Assembly: GCA_964458315.1 (NCBI GenBank)
Contig: CAYWIK010000003.1
Location: forward strand, 3,712 to 67,711
Source: an uncultured Spirochaetales bacterium
GTDB taxonomy: Bacteria; Spirochaetota; Spirochaetia; SPDA01; CAZSGZ01
Direction of reading: 5' to 3'
Length of the DNA: 64,000 nucleotides
The position numbers and the translations under genes are program-made. Below are positions 38,857 through 50,522 of this stretch, one piece after another (position 1 is the first letter of the stretch; each line of letters begins with the position of its first letter). The notes beneath the pieces were generated by a model that was not told the origin of the DNA, searched no databases, and saw only the letters and a list, made by a program, of their open reading frames with translations.

Positions 38857-39411
38857 TTATTTCTGCAGGGTCTTTTCGTATACGTCCCGCGCGGCATCGT
38901 CGCCCGCTAGGTAACGGATAATTTCTACCGAAAACTCCGCTGCAGTTCCGGGCCCCCGGCTTGTGATTATATTACCGTCCACAACGACGCGGGCCGTGTC
39001 GAACTCTGTTTGAGTCAACCGTTCTTCGAAACCGGGATAACAGGTTGCTTTTTTCCCGGCAAGAATTCCCACAGGCTCGAGTACTACTGCCGGAGACGCG
39101 CAGATGGCGGCAACCAATTTTCCACTGTCGTTCATTTCTTTGAGCATTTTCTTTACTTTATCGGAACGGCCAAGATTTTCCGCTCCGGGCATGCCCCCGG
39201 GCAGAATAACCCCGTCTAATTGGTCCGTCATTTCAGCAACTTCGGAAATCTCCCGGTCCGGAAGGACAACGATTTCCCGTGCACCGGTAACGGCTCCCCC
39301 GCTTACCCCGGTAACAATCACTTCTATTCCCGCCCTGCGGAGAAAGTCTATCGGCGTCACCGCCTCCACTTCTTCAAAACCGTCTGCCAGTAATACCGCC
39401 ACTTTACTCAT
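38857..39411 (-). CDS. DJ-1/PfpI family protein
   Basis: 184 aa; VAVLLADGFEEVE...AAICASPAVVL nucleophile-elbow Cys. Confidence 0.8.
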   Translation of the reverse strand: MSKVAVLLADGFEEVEAVTPIDFLRRAGIEVIVTGVSGGAVTGAREIVVLPDREISEVAEMTDQLDGVILPGGMPGAENLGRSDKVKKMLKEMNDSGKLVAAICASPAVVLEPVGILAGKKATCYPGFEERLTQTEFDTARVVVDGNIITSRGPGTAAEFSVEIIRYLAGDDAARDVYEKTLQK

Positions 39412-39427
39412 AGCTCCTCCTTCCTGT

Positions 39428-40516
39428 TTATAATTTCCCTTTCAGCACGCTTCGGGTTCCTTCAATTAATTTCTCCGTCTCTTCCCAGCCGACACATTCG
39501 TCGGTAACGGAACATCCGTATACGAGTTCCGTTTTGTTGGCCGGGATCCGCTGGCTTCCCTCAACCAGATAGCTTTCCAGCATAAAACCGATGATACTCC
39601 TGCGGCCCCTTCGGCGCTGGTCCTGGATCGACCGGAGTACCCGCGATTGCTTTTGTTGGTTTTTCCCCGAGTTTGCATGGCTGCAGTCGATCACAATTGC
39701 AGGATTCAACCCCATGTTCTTTAAAAGCTCCTCCGCCTCTTCAACATTTTCTTCATAATAATTGGGTCCGGACCGGCCGCCCCGCAGGATGATATGGACA
39801 TATTCATTGCCGGTCGTATGGACAACACAGGTCCTTCCCTCTTGATCGATCCCGATAAAACTGTGGGGATGCACTGATGAGCTCATGGCATCGAGAGCGA
39901 GCTGCAGGTTCCCGCTCGTACCGTTTTTAAATCCAACCGGCATAGAAAGGCCGCTGGCCATTTCCCGGTGAGTTTGGCTCTCGGTAGTGCGCGCCCCGAT
40001 GGACGCCCAGGAAACCAAATCGGAAATGTATTGCGGAACAATCGGGTCGAGCATTTCACTCCCCGTCGGAAGCCCCATTTCATTGATCTGCAGCAGCAGC
40101 GCCCGGGCCTGCTTCAATCCCTTTTCGATATTGTATGATCCGTCCAGGTCGGGGTCGGTAATCATCCCCCTCCATCCGATGGTGGTTCTCGGCTTTTCGA
40201 AATAAACCCGCATGACAATACGGAGGGTGTCTTCTACTTTTTCCGCCACCCTTTTCAGTTTTTCGGCATATTCGAGCGCCGCTTTCGGGTCATGGATCGA
40301 ACAGGGTCCGACTACCGCAATCAGCCGGTTGTCCCTGCCGGCAATTATATTTTCGAGGCCGGTCCTGCCCTCGACCACCGTTGCATTGGCCGGTTCAGTC
40401 ATCGGATACTCGTCCTTGAGAGAAGCCGGAGAGATAATGGGTTGAAAAGCTTTGATGTGAAGATCGCTTGTGCGTTTCATGCTTTGAGAATAGCATACAG
40501 GTTTGACTCTCATCAA
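39428..40516 (-). CDS. 3-deoxy-7-phosphoheptulonate (DAHP) synthase, class I (AroG/F/H type)
   Basis: 362 aa; LIAVVGPCSIHD, KPRTTIGWRG, GARTTESQTHREMASG. Confidence 0.85.
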   Translation of the reverse strand: MMRVKPVCYSQSMKRTSDLHIKAFQPIISPASLKDEYPMTEPANATVVEGRTGLENIIAGRDNRLIAVVGPCSIHDPKAALEYAEKLKRVAEKVEDTLRIVMRVYFEKPRTTIGWRGMITDPDLDGSYNIEKGLKQARALLLQINEMGLPTGSEMLDPIVPQYISDLVSWASIGARTTESQTHREMASGLSMPVGFKNGTSGNLQLALDAMSSSVHPHSFIGIDQEGRTCVVHTTGNEYVHIILRGGRSGPNYYEENVEEAEELLKNMGLNPAIVIDCSHANSGKNQQKQSRVLRSIQDQRRRGRRSIIGFMLESYLVEGSQRIPANKTELVYGCSVTDECVGWEETEKLIEGTRSVLKGKL

Positions 40517-40552
40517 TAACTATGATAATGGTAGTCCCAAGGCGGGTACATA

Positions 40553-41935
40553 ATGAGAATTAAAGATATTCTTGCTCAGGAACCAAAAAATGAAGAAATC
40601 GAAGTTTCCGGCTGGATTCGTACCAAACGGGACTCAAAAAATGTTTGTTTCCTCGAAATAAATGACGGGTCTTGCATGAAAAACCTCCAGGTTATTTACG
40701 AAATGGAGTCCGGAAATGTTGATCCGCAGGTACTCGAAGATGCCGCAACCGGCTCGAGTGTCATTGCCAAAGGCAGACTCCAGCACTCCCCGGGAAAGGG
40801 CCAGACCGTTGAATTGAACCTTACCGGCCTCGAGGTTCTCGGAACTGCTCCGGTAGACAGCTATCCGCTGCAGAAAAAGCGTCATTCCTTTGAATTTTTA
40901 CGGGAAATGGCCCACTTGAGACCGCGAACCAATACATTCGGTGCGGTCGCCAGGGTAAGAAATGTAATGAGCATGGCGATCCACAATTTCTTTCAGTCCG
41001 AAGGTTTTGTTTATGTACAGACTCCGATCATCACCGGCATCGATGCGGAAGGAGCGGGAGAAATGTTTCAAGTCACCACCCTCCCCCTGCGGGAGCCTCC
41101 GAAAACCGACGGGCAAATAGACTATAGCCGGGATTTTTTTGGGAAAAAGACCTCCCTCACCGTGAGCGGACAGCTGGAAGCCGAAATATATGCCACTGCC
41201 TTAGGGAAGGTTTATACCTTCGGCCCCACTTTTCGGGCGGAAAACTCCAATACCAGCAGGCATCTTGCGGAGTTTTGGATGATCGAGCCGGAAGTCGCTT
41301 TCTGCGACATTCACTGCAACATGGACCTCGTGGAAAGTTTCCTCAAATCGATCCTTTCCGACCTTCTTACAAAGGCAGAAGATGATATGGATTTTTTTAA
41401 CCGCTGGATTCAAAAAGGTATCATCGAAACACTCGAGGAGGTGATCGAAAGTTCCTTTGCCAGAATTTCCTATTCCGAGGCAGTCAAGGAACTTCAAAAA
41501 GCTGGCAGAGACTTCGAATATCCGGTGGACTGGGGCTCCGATCTGCAGTCGGAACACGAAAAATACCTCACAGAAGAGGTGTATAAAGGCCCGGTAATCG
41601 TGACGGATTACCCTAAGGAAATCAAGGCTTTCTATATGAAACTCAATGAAGACGGGAAGACGGTCCGGGCGATGGATGTATTGGTCCCCCGTCTAGGCGA
41701 GATTATCGGCGGCAGCGAACGTGAATCGGACTTAGAAAAGCTGGCGGGCCGGATAAGAGAGATGGGGCTTTCGGAAAAGGATTACTGGTGGTATCTCGAC
41801 CTCAGGCGTTTCGGTACCGTTCCTCACGCGGGATTCGGTCTCGGTTTCGAGCGGCTGATGCAGTACGTAACGGGGATGCAGAATATCCGCGACGTCATTC
41901 CGTTCCCCAGGGCTGTACGCCAAGCGGATTTTTAG
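40553..41935 (+). CDS. asnS: asparagine--tRNA ligase
   Basis: 460 aa; N-terminal OB-fold, class II motifs [35 protein letters not shown]. Confidence 0.9.
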   Translation: MRIKDILAQEPKNEEIEVSGWIRTKRDSKNVCFLEINDGSCMKNLQVIYEMESGNVDPQVLEDAATGSSVIAKGRLQHSPGKGQTVELNLTGLEVLGTAPVDSYPLQKKRHSFEFLREMAHLRPRTNTFGAVARVRNVMSMAIHNFFQSEGFVYVQTPIITGIDAEGAGEMFQVTTLPLREPPKTDGQIDYSRDFFGKKTSLTVSGQLEAEIYATALGKVYTFGPTFRAENSNTSRHLAEFWMIEPEVAFCDIHCNMDLVESFLKSILSDLLTKAEDDMDFFNRWIQKGIIETLEEVIESSFARISYSEAVKELQKAGRDFEYPVDWGSDLQSEHEKYLTEEVYKGPVIVTDYPKEIKAFYMKLNEDGKTVRAMDVLVPRLGEIIGGSERESDLEKLAGRIREMGLSEKDYWWYLDLRRFGTVPHAGFGLGFERLMQYVTGMQNIRDVIPFPRAVRQADF

Positions 41936-43803
41936 CCCGGTATAAAAGCGGTGGAAAACCACGGCACATAGGTGATCAGCAGAACGATAATCAGCATGAC
42001 CACAAAGAACGGGACTACATCCCGGGAAATACGGATAAGGGGTTTTTCAAACCTGTACGAAGCGAGAAACAGGTTCAACCCCACCGGCGGAGTCAAATAA
42101 CCGACACTTAAATTGGCAAGGAAAATCGCGCCGAGATGAACCGGATGGATGCCGAACAAATTTCCTAGAGGGATGATAAGCGGCACAACCACCATAATTG
42201 CAGAAAAAATATCCATGAGCATACCGGTCAAAAGCAGGGCGAAGTTTAAGAGAATAAGAAACACATATTTAGAATGGATGTTTGCCTGTACCCACTCGGT
42301 CAGCTGGGTCGGAATCTGGGCATCGATAAGATAATAAGACAGCCCTTTGGCCGCCGCTAAAATAACGAGCACACCTCCGATAATCGGTACGCACCTCCTG
42401 AACACACCCGGCAGGTCAGTGAGTTTCAGGTCCCGTTTAATTCCAACCTCCACGATAAAGACATACACCACCGCAATAGCACCCGTCTCGACAAGGGTAG
42501 TGAGTCCGCCGAAGTAGCTTGCTAAAACAATAATCGGCAGAAGCACCTCCCAGGCCGACTCCCGGAGCGCCTTGAACGCTTCCTTCATTTTAAAACGGAC
42601 CGGTTCGACCTTGGCCCGTACCGCGGCGTATACACCCATTCCTCCAAGCACGAGGACCATCAAGACACCGGGCATGACCCCGCCCAAAAACATATGCTTG
42701 ATATTGATCTGTGCCGTAACACCGTAGATGATGATCGGAAGACTCGGCGGAAAAAGAATTCCGATACTTCCCGCCGAGGTGATGATGCCCCGGCCGAAAT
42801 TTTCGGTGTATTTGCCGCTCTGGTACAGTACATAAAAAAGGAGGGCCCCTAATGCCAAAATCGTCACTCCGGATGCTCCGGTAAATGTAGTGAAAAAAGC
42901 GCTCACCAGGACCGCCATAATGGCAAGCCCGCCGGGTATCCACCCGAAGAAGGACTGGAACAGCCGGACGAACCGTTTTCCCGCGTTACTCTCGGAGAGA
43001 AAAAATCCGGTAAGGGTAAACAGCGGGATCGCGGGTAAAGATTTCCCGATCAGCATGGTATAGCTTTCGTTAGCGATAATTTCGACAGGAGCCGACAGCC
43101 TGGCGAAAAGCATGAAAGCAACTCCGCCGAGTACGATAAAGAGCGGCGTTCCGCTGACCATCGATACGAGGAGAACAATAATGGCAGGTATTGCTATATG
43201 CTGCATCACCGTCTGATAAAACATGAGCAGGGTGTCGAAAAACATAGGGAGATTAAAGAAAAAGAAAAATAAGAAATTGATAATCGCACCGAGACTAAAA
43301 AATGTGCCGAAAAGAATTCCTAAACCGGCAGCAAGCTTTTTTCCTCCCCCGGCCGGTGTGTGTCGTATAAACCGTCCGGCCATCACCGCGTACCCTATCG
43401 GCATGATGACGGCGACAAGTTGAATGGGAATGAGCCCGACCCGCATCGAGGGACCAAATCCGAGGAGTAAAAAGGAAAGTGAACTCCAAGCAAATGCGGT
43501 CGTAAAGGTTGCGCCGATAAATCCGTTAAACGCCCGAATATGTTCACCGATCGGTCGCTTGACAGCCTCTATCCCGGCGGAGAGGGCGAGGTGCCGGTTC
43601 TCCCTCGAGGTAATCATCCCTCCCAAAAAGGTAATCCAAAGGACAAGATGGATGATATAATCATTAGATGCGGTTACCCCGGTCCGGAATATCTTTCTCG
43701 CAATTACTTCCAGGACGGGAAATATCGCGAGAAGAACGAGGATTGCAATGGAAAATGCGTTCTCTATCCTGTGGAGGAGCGGAGGTCGTTCAGATTTTTC
43801 CAT
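41932..43803 (-). CDS. TRAP transporter fused permease (DctQ-like small + DctM-like large membrane domains); TatQM-type
   Basis: 623 aa polytopic membrane protein: N-terminal DctQ-like 4-TM segment, then a DctM-like 12-TM body. Confidence 0.8.
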   Translation of the reverse strand: MEKSERPPLLHRIENAFSIAILVLLAIFPVLEVIARKIFRTGVTASNDYIIHLVLWITFLGGMITSRENRHLALSAGIEAVKRPIGEHIRAFNGFIGATFTTAFAWSSLSFLLLGFGPSMRVGLIPIQLVAVIMPIGYAVMAGRFIRHTPAGGGKKLAAGLGILFGTFFSLGAIINFLFFFFFNLPMFFDTLLMFYQTVMQHIAIPAIIVLLVSMVSGTPLFIVLGGVAFMLFARLSAPVEIIANESYTMLIGKSLPAIPLFTLTGFFLSESNAGKRFVRLFQSFFGWIPGGLAIMAVLVSAFFTTFTGASGVTILALGALLFYVLYQSGKYTENFGRGIITSAGSIGILFPPSLPIIIYGVTAQINIKHMFLGGVMPGVLMVLVLGGMGVYAAVRAKVEPVRFKMKEAFKALRESAWEVLLPIIVLASYFGGLTTLVETGAIAVVYVFIVEVGIKRDLKLTDLPGVFRRCVPIIGGVLVILAAAKGLSYYLIDAQIPTQLTEWVQANIHSKYVFLILLNFALLLTGMLMDIFSAIMVVVPLIIPLGNLFGIHPVHLGAIFLANLSVGYLTPPVGLNLFLASYRFEKPLIRISRDVVPFFVVMLIIVLLITYVPWFSTAFIPG

Positions 43804-43806
43804 CCC

Positions 43807-44820
43807 TTACCTGCGGTAGTCTTCTATAAGCTCTTTGACCTGTTCGTAGATATCGACGGAGAAAGAATCACCTTTGATCATTTCGATTCCGCGGCTGAAC
43901 TCCGTCTGCCACTGTTTTTCCGCCGAAGGCGGAACATCATGAACAATTAAACCGTTTTCGAGCATGATCCGCATTGCCTCTTTTTCCAGTGCTTCGGTTT
44001 CCCTGCTCAGGGTAACGGCAACTTTCTCGGCGGCTTCGATCATATCTTCTTTATACATATCGGGTATACGGTCCCATACCCGCTTCGAAATCACGATCCC
44101 GGCAAGCACCGGAGCCATCGGAAGATCGGTCATATGGTTCGCGATTCCAAACCACTGGTAAGCCGCGGCGCCGGTCCTCACGGTATAGCACGCGTCGATC
44201 ATCCCGCTGTTAAGAGAAGTAAGCACCTCGTTCAAGCCGAGAGGGATCGCGTTAAAATCGAGGGCTTTTAAAGCCTGGGCGATCGCTACGTCGCTGTCGG
44301 TGGTACCGAGCTTCAATCGGCGCATATCATCCGGATAAACCACCTTTTCCCGTGCAAAAAAATACATCCATCCGACACTGGTCCACGCGACGACCTTGAA
44401 GCCCTGTTTTTCAATATCCTTTCGGAGCCGGTCTTCCAGCCGGCTGAATACATACCGAAACTCCTCTTCCGAATGCAGAATAAAGGGAAGGCTCATCATG
44501 AGGGTATCGCGATAAATCTGGTTGAGGCCGAGAGAGGTTAGGACTGCGCCCTGCAGGGAGTTGAAACGCATTTTCCGAATGACGTCAGCCTCTTCACCGG
44601 CTATTCCCCCGGAAAAAATGTGGATCCGGACCTCCCCGTCGGTTATTTCGTTCCATTCAACCGCAAGCCTGCGGAGAGCGTTGTCCCAAGAAGAGCCTTT
44701 CGGTGTGGGGCTGCCGATTTTAAGAACCGTCGGTCGTGCTGAAACCGATACCGTTCCGGCCAGGCACACTAACAGCAAGAGGCTTAATGCAAAAACCAGT
44801 CTTCGTGTTTTCATTACCAT
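43807..44820 (-). CDS. TRAP transporter solute-binding protein (DctP/TatP family)
   Basis: 337 aa; signal peptide; DctP-family fold motifs (LKIGSPTPKGSSWDNALRRLAVEW, ...). Confidence 0.8.
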   Translation of the reverse strand: MVMKTRRLVFALSLLLLVCLAGTVSVSARPTVLKIGSPTPKGSSWDNALRRLAVEWNEITDGEVRIHIFSGGIAGEEADVIRKMRFNSLQGAVLTSLGLNQIYRDTLMMSLPFILHSEEEFRYVFSRLEDRLRKDIEKQGFKVVAWTSVGWMYFFAREKVVYPDDMRRLKLGTTDSDVAIAQALKALDFNAIPLGLNEVLTSLNSGMIDACYTVRTGAAAYQWFGIANHMTDLPMAPVLAGIVISKRVWDRIPDMYKEDMIEAAEKVAVTLSRETEALEKEAMRIMLENGLIVHDVPPSAEKQWQTEFSRGIEMIKGDSFSVDIYEQVKELIEDYRR

Positions 44821-45779
44821 TCTTCTCCTTCATCCGTTTCTTCCGGAGCTGATGCTTCAATAAAAAAATCTTCTTTATGTTCAAGGAGCCATTCCGCCTT
44901 GTCCTGCATAATGACGTTCATAAGCCTTGTTTCAGGGTCCTTATCAACATCAATTGCCAGCGCCGTTTTTAACAAATTCTCAAACTCCTCGAGGTCTTGA
45001 TTTTGGATGCTCAAGGTCGTTGCAAGAGAAACATAAGGGGATGCATTCCGCCCGTTTGAAAGTTCCACCGCCCTTCTGAAGTGTTCTCTCGCCTTCTCTT
45101 TGCTTCCTCCGAGATCCGGCGGTAAAGAAGCATAGTAAAGTATATAAAAATCGTCAATCGTTCCTTCCCCGTAATCCGGATCGATTTCATATGCCCGGTC
45201 CATCATCGCTTTCGCCATAGGAATCTGGAAGGTCAGTTCGAGGTCGAAAACATTGATAGCGATTGCGGCAAACCATCCGGCAGCGCCCCAGTAGAGATAA
45301 TCCACGTCCTCTCCGTTAATCCGGGAAACGAAGGTTTCGAGTTCCTTTTTTTCTATAGCCTCATGAAACCCGGGGTGCTTAATTTCCAAGGCCTTGAAAA
45401 TATAGTTTCTCCCGCGGAGATAGAGGTTTTTCGCCCGCGTATATTCTTCCTGCTGCTCCTCGAAGGCGTAAACCGGAAGCATGTCCGCCGGGGACTGAAC
45501 ATATGCATTGGAATACATGATAAAACCCATACCCGTGGTAAGGAGCAAACCGGTGTGTTCCGGCGTTTGTTCGAGAAGAATTTCATACATTTTCAATGCA
45601 AAAGGGAGGGCTTCTCCTACCAATTCAGGATCGTTATCGCTGGTGAGAGACGATCCCCCTGTGCCTCCTCCCCCGAGGGCATCCGCAACGGCATTGACCG
45701 CCATTTTTTGGATAGAACAGGACCCGAAAAACACGATTAAAATAACAATTGCAAAATATAGTAACTTTTTCATGTTCAT
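44814..45779 (-). CDS. TPR-like lipoprotein TatT of TPR-protein-associated TRAP transporters (TPAT); ORF extends to 45872, start likely MNMKKLL
   Basis: Lipobox IVFFGSCS, Gly-rich linker, helical TPR-like repeats; overlaps the tatP start by 7 nt. Confidence 0.65.
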   Translation of the reverse strand: MNMKKLLYFAIVILIVFFGSCSIQKMAVNAVADALGGGGTGGSSLTSDNDPELVGEALPFALKMYEILLEQTPEHTGLLLTTGMGFIMYSNAYVQSPADMLPVYAFEEQQEEYTRAKNLYLRGRNYIFKALEIKHPGFHEAIEKKELETFVSRINGEDVDYLYWGAAGWFAAIAINVFDLELTFQIPMAKAMMDRAYEIDPDYGEGTIDDFYILYYASLPPDLGGSKEKAREHFRRAVELSNGRNASPYVSLATTLSIQNQDLEEFENLLKTALAIDVDKDPETRLMNVIMQDKAEWLLEHKEDFFIEASAPEETDEGEEW

Positions 45780-45810
45780 AAAGAAATAATGACATCTCCG
45801 TCTGGAAAAT

Positions 45811-46290
45811 TCAAGAAAGAGTTTGTTCTTTTTGCAAAATTCGCATGAATTCCCGGTTAAAGGTATCGGCAAAGCTTTTTTTATCTCTCTTCCCGAATTT
45901 ACGCCCTTTCTGCCTCAGTAAACCGTCCTGACGAAGCTTCTGCATCGTGTCGCGCATAGACAGCCGTTCTCGTATACTTTCTCTGTAAAATCGGTCGCCG
46001 CGGTCGTTTATGACCGTCACGCCCTCTTTGAGCAGCTCCGCTGCAAGGGGAATGTCCCGGGTTATTACAAGGTCTGACGATTCCGCATGTAAGAGGATGT
46101 AACGATCCGCGCTGCCTTCCTCGGCCGGAACGAGACGCATGACCGCCGTACTGTCTGCACTGTTTTTCGCTATTTCCTCAATTGCCCGGTTTGCAACGAA
46201 TTCCGCCGGCACTCGATATTTCTCAGCGGCCCGGATAATAACAGGCCTTATCTCCCTGGGGCAGGAATCTGCATCGATAAATATTCTCAC
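45811..46290 (-). CDS. YaiI/UPF0178 (DUF188) family protein
   Basis: 159 aa; MRIFIDADSCPREIRPVIIRAAEKYRVPAEFVAN, the family signature. Confidence 0.75.
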   Translation of the reverse strand: MRIFIDADSCPREIRPVIIRAAEKYRVPAEFVANRAIEEIAKNSADSTAVMRLVPAEEGSADRYILLHAESSDLVITRDIPLAAELLKEGVTVINDRGDRFYRESIRERLSMRDTMQKLRQDGLLRQKGRKFGKRDKKSFADTFNREFMRILQKEQTLS

Positions 46291-47492
46291 GGCACCGTCG
46301 CTTTATAGAGTTTCGCCTTCCCGTGTATCGTATACCGCCCGGCAGAGGCAGGGACAAGCCACGAATTCCCTTTCGTAAAGGCGCCGGATGAAGCGCCCAT
46401 ATCGGCGCCGCCGTTATCGGCAGTGATCGAGCCGCTGCCTTGTTCGCAGAAGTAGATTTCTATATTTCGCTCCTCCGAACCGTAAAAATTTGCTTCAGTA
46501 TCAATTTCGACGGTAGAAAGGAGGAACTCATCGATTGGAGTCAAATAGACCGATTCGGCAGGATTTTCGCTCTGCCGCCGGGGTGCAAGAACTTCGGGCT
46601 TTCCGGCCTGAAATGTTAAAATATTGAGCAACTCCTCCTTTGCCACGTGTTTAGAGGTCAATCCGCCGCGCAGCACATTGTCTGAATTTGCCATGAGCTC
46701 TATTCCAAGGCCGTGCAGGTATGCGTGAAGCTCACCGGCCGGAAGAAACATCGCATCGCCCCTGTGCAGCACCGCGAGATTGAGAAAGAGCGGGCACAGG
46801 ACGCCGATATCTTCCGGATAATGTTCAGACAACCTCCGGACCCACTCGTATCGCGTCTCTTTCCGGGATTTGATCTTTTCCAATGCACGGGCGATCAGCG
46901 TTTCCACATGCTCGGCCGGTACCGACAGAAAGGAATCGAAAAATTGTTCGAGTTCTCCTCCCTCCGCTCCGGGGATATGGAAGGGATGCTCGGCGCCGGA
47001 AAAAATAAAACGGAACTCTTCGACAATTTCCGCCGCCGGGCGAAACCCGCGCATTGCATGAAAATCGGTGAGAGCGCAGATAATTTCCGGCTTATGATTT
47101 TGGTCTCGATAATTCCGCTCGTAGGCGTCGATAGGAACCCCTTTTTCATTCTCACGATCGAATCCCGCTTCCGCCTGGGATTTATTCGGATGGGCCTGGA
47201 TCGAAAGCGGTTTTCCGGCGGCGAGAACTTTAAACAAAAAAGGAAGTTTCCCGGAAAACTTCTTCGAAGCGGACGGCCCGAGAATTCGGTCCGGAGCTTT
47301 GGAAATGAATTCGTCAAGAGACGCCGATTCACTCCCCATACGGACTTTAGACGGGGCCTTCGGATGAACGCCCATCCAAATTTCTGCCATCGGAGTTCCT
47401 GCAGGATTATCGATTCCCAACAGCTCCGGAATCCAGTTCGGAGAACCCCAATCGTAGGTTTGTATTTCATTCTCTAAAAAATAAATCGACAT
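46287..47492 (-). CDS. manA: mannose-6-phosphate isomerase, class I
   Basis: 401 aa; YDWGS, EIWMGVHP, LSIQAHP, cupin His ligands. Confidence 0.85.
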   Translation of the reverse strand: MSIYFLENEIQTYDWGSPNWIPELLGIDNPAGTPMAEIWMGVHPKAPSKVRMGSESASLDEFISKAPDRILGPSASKKFSGKLPFLFKVLAAGKPLSIQAHPNKSQAEAGFDRENEKGVPIDAYERNYRDQNHKPEIICALTDFHAMRGFRPAAEIVEEFRFIFSGAEHPFHIPGAEGGELEQFFDSFLSVPAEHVETLIARALEKIKSRKETRYEWVRRLSEHYPEDIGVLCPLFLNLAVLHRGDAMFLPAGELHAYLHGLGIELMANSDNVLRGGLTSKHVAKEELLNILTFQAGKPEVLAPRRQSENPAESVYLTPIDEFLLSTVEIDTEANFYGSEERNIEIYFCEQGSGSITADNGGADMGASSGAFTKGNSWLVPASAGRYTIHGKAKLYKATVP

Positions 47493-47567
47493 ACCTTAAA
47501 TCTATGGACTTCCCTCTGCCATGTCAATAAATGTTCCCGCTTCCATCCCTTCCCCCGGAGCATTATC

Positions 47568-47597
47568 TTGACCACCCGAAACAATCTATCGTATAAA
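47568..47597 (+). promoter_or_regulatory. sigma70-like promoter for pfp: TTGACC(47568-47573)-N18-TATAAA(47592-47597); ATG at 47604 (near-leaderless geometry)
   Basis: Seen in sequence. Confidence 0.35.
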
Positions 47598-47603
47598 TGA
47601 GAC

Positions 47604-49262
47604 ATGGCTATAATCTCATCACTACAGGAATCAAGATATAATTATAAACCGAAATTACCAATGGTGCTTCGGCATGGACTCCAAAATGTCCGGGCGGAGT
47701 TTGGCCCGGCAACCGAGTCTATGGGGGACCAAGTTCAGCTGAAGCAGATGTTTGAAAAGACCTACGGAAGGCCGGTCGTACATTTTGTCGAGGGAAAATC
47801 CTCGGAACTTGATAAAAAAATCAATATCGGGGTCATTCTTTCAGGCGGTCAGGCTCCGGGGGGCCACAATGTTATCGCAGGATTATACGACGGACTGAAA
47901 GAAGTCAACAAGGAATCAAAATTATTCGGATTTCTCGGCGGGCCCTCGGGTATTTTAGAAGACAAGGCAATCGAGTTGACCGAACAGTATCTCGGGCAAT
48001 ATCGAAATACCGGCGGATTCGATATGATCGGCTCCGGCCGGACAAAACTGGAAACGGAGGAACAGTTCGAAACTTGCCTTGAAGTCTGCAAAAAGCGGGA
48101 AATCAGCTCCATCGTTGTCATTGGAGGAGACGACTCTAACACGAATGCCGCCATTTTAGCGGAATATTTTGAAAAAAAAGGCGCTGCGGTCACGGTAATC
48201 GGTATTCCCAAAACCATCGACGGCGACTTAAAGAACGCCCACATCGAAGCTTCTTTCGGATTCGATACCGCTACAAAAACATACTCGGAACTCATCGGCA
48301 ACATCAGCCGTGATGCAAACAGCGCTAAGAAATACTGGCATTTTATCAAACTGATGGGAAGATCGGCGTCTCATATTACCTTAGAATGCGCCCTCCGGAC
48401 CCAGCCGAATATCGCCCTCATTTCCGAAGAGGTCGAAGATCGGCAAATGACCCTCGACAATATCACCGACTATGTAGTCGAGATGATTGTCAAGCGTTCC
48501 GAAAACGATGAAAACTTCGGAATTGTTTTGGTGCCCGAAGGGCTCATCGAAAGTATTCCCGAAGTCGGAAAGCTCATCACGGAACTCAACGATCTCCTCG
48601 CCGAGCACGACCGTTACTTTTCAACACTCAACACCTTTGAAGACCAGGCTGAATGGATCAATAAAAATCTTTCGAGGGATTCTTCCTACGTGTTTTCGAG
48701 CCTTCCCAATTCAATTCAAAGGCAGCTCCTTATGGACCGGGACCCTCACGGCAATGTTCAGGTTTCCCGGATAGAAACGGAAAAACTGCTTATCGAGATC
48801 GTCGGCGACAGTTTGAATCAAATGAAAAACGAAGGGACATTCAAAGGGAAGTTCAATACCCAGAGTCATTTTTTCGGATATGAGGGCCGATGCGCGTTCC
48901 CTTCCAATTTTGACGCTGATTACTGTTACGCCCTTGGATATAACGCGGTGCTCCTGATCGCATCGAAGTTTACCGGCTACATGTCTTCGATAAAAAACCT
49001 GGCAAAACCCGCGGAAGAATGGCAGGCGGGGGGAGTCCCGATTACCATGATGATGAATTTGGAACAGCGTAAAGGGAAAATGAAGCCGGTAATAAAAAAA
49101 GCTCTAGTTGATCTAAAAGGAAAAACTTTTAAAACCTTTGCCGGAAATCGGGACAAATGGGCGGTCAAAACATCTTACGTTTATCCGGGGGCGATCCAGT
49201 ATTACGGACCGGATTCGGTTTGTAACGAACCGACCGTGACCCTCAAATTAGAAAACGATTAA
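47604..49262 (+). CDS. pfp: pyrophosphate-dependent 6-phosphofructokinase (long PPi-PFK/Pfp type)
   Basis: 552 aa; [37 protein letters not shown]; length and motifs match the ~550-aa PPi-PFKs of spirochetes. Confidence 0.85.
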   Translation: MAIISSLQESRYNYKPKLPMVLRHGLQNVRAEFGPATESMGDQVQLKQMFEKTYGRPVVHFVEGKSSELDKKINIGVILSGGQAPGGHNVIAGLYDGLKEVNKESKLFGFLGGPSGILEDKAIELTEQYLGQYRNTGGFDMIGSGRTKLETEEQFETCLEVCKKREISSIVVIGGDDSNTNAAILAEYFEKKGAAVTVIGIPKTIDGDLKNAHIEASFGFDTATKTYSELIGNISRDANSAKKYWHFIKLMGRSASHITLECALRTQPNIALISEEVEDRQMTLDNITDYVVEMIVKRSENDENFGIVLVPEGLIESIPEVGKLITELNDLLAEHDRYFSTLNTFEDQAEWINKNLSRDSSYVFSSLPNSIQRQLLMDRDPHGNVQVSRIETEKLLIEIVGDSLNQMKNEGTFKGKFNTQSHFFGYEGRCAFPSNFDADYCYALGYNAVLLIASKFTGYMSSIKNLAKPAEEWQAGGVPITMMMNLEQRKGKMKPVIKKALVDLKGKTFKTFAGNRDKWAVKTSYVYPGAIQYYGPDSVCNEPTVTLKLEND

Positions 49263-49263
49263 T

Positions 49264-50478
49264 TCAGATACAGCCGGAGACAATTTCCATTAAATCATCC
49301 TCAGACAAATCTACCGGGGTGTTTTTTCTCCCCGTACGCTCTACTATAGCCGGCAAATCAGCTTTTGTGACCCCGTATTCACCTAAACCGGGAATATTGT
49401 AGAGATCGATCCACTCTTTGAGTTTACCGATCAAGGCGCTGCAGTTCTGCTCCACTCCGCCGAAATCGCTTCGTATGAGATACTTCCCCGTTTCCGCATA
49501 TTTGAGCAAGGCGGTGTTATTCTCTTCTTCGAGATCAAAAAGCCGTTCGATCACAACTTCCGTTGCCTTATGGAGAAGGGTGCCGCATGCCACGCCGTGG
49601 GGAACGGGAAAGAGGCCGCCGATACTGCTTGCGAACCCGTGGACGATCCCTAACCCTGCATTGGCCATGGTTATTCCGGACAAACATGCCGCGTATGCCA
49701 TGTTTGAACGAGCCTCGATATCCTCTTCCCCGTCGGTGACCGCACGGTCGTATCCTTCTCCCGCTGCCAGCAGACCGCTTATAGCGATGGAATCGGTTAT
49801 CGGTGTTGACTTCGATGAGACGAAGGACTCGATGAGCTGAGTAATTGCATCCATGCCGGAGGCTGCGGTAATGTGCGGGGGGCAGCTTAAGGCAAGCTCG
49901 GGGTCGACTACGGCTGCATCGGGTACATAGCGGTCGTGGCGGAGGGACTTTTTAAATCCCCCTTTCCCGGTTTTACTAACCACCGCATTTTTTGAAGCTT
50001 CGGTGCCGGTGCCCGCGGTGGTTGGAACTGCAATAAAAAAGATTTTCTCTCCGGGAGGGGTTTTAGTGCCGACGCCTTCGAGGTAATCCTGCACCGAACC
50101 CTCAGTCCGGAACATAGCGGAAACCGCCTTCCCGGTATCGATCACGCTCCCGCCCCCGATGGATAAAACCGCGCCGGGTTTGAATTCCCGCGCTTCCCGG
50201 GTAATGCCGTCCACGATTTCCGGAGACGGTTCCGATTCCACCCGGAAATCGATATAGCTTATTCCGTTTTCCGCCAGTGCTGACCGGATAAAATCCCACT
50301 GGTCGGAAGAGCGAAAAGAAGTCCCTCCGGTAATGAGGACCAGCTTGGCGAAACCGCGCTCTGTACAGATAGAAGGAACTTCCTTCAATTTACCTTTTCC
50401 AAACAAAATAGCCGGGGTCCTGGCGAAATTAAAATTGATCATGTGAGAAGTATAAGAAAAAAATGTTCCTCCCGTCAA
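49264..50478 (-). CDS. iron-containing (group III) alcohol dehydrogenase
   Basis: 404 aa; GGGSVIDTGKAVS (NAD-binding GGGS), iron-ligand His/Asp motifs. Likely start MINFNF. Confidence 0.8.
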   Translation of the reverse strand: MTGGTFFSYTSHMINFNFARTPAILFGKGKLKEVPSICTERGFAKLVLITGGTSFRSSDQWDFIRSALAENGISYIDFRVESEPSPEIVDGITREAREFKPGAVLSIGGGSVIDTGKAVSAMFRTEGSVQDYLEGVGTKTPPGEKIFFIAVPTTAGTGTEASKNAVVSKTGKGGFKKSLRHDRYVPDAAVVDPELALSCPPHITAASGMDAITQLIESFVSSKSTPITDSIAISGLLAAGEGYDRAVTDGEEDIEARSNMAYAACLSGITMANAGLGIVHGFASSIGGLFPVPHGVACGTLLHKATEVVIERLFDLEEENNTALLKYAETGKYLIRSDFGGVEQNCSALIGKLKEWIDLYNIPGLGEYGVTKADLPAIVERTGRKNTPVDLSEDDLMEIVSGCI

Positions 50479-50522
50479 ATATTAGTTTTCAGCCGGCGCA
50501 ACATGTGATACATTAGGCTGTA

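Noticed and set aside
46713-47477. 254-aa plus-strand ORF (and the 191-aa minus-strand alternative frame 46895-47470) inside manA
   Set aside because: Alternative frames of a conserved gene, Arg-rich low-complexity translations.
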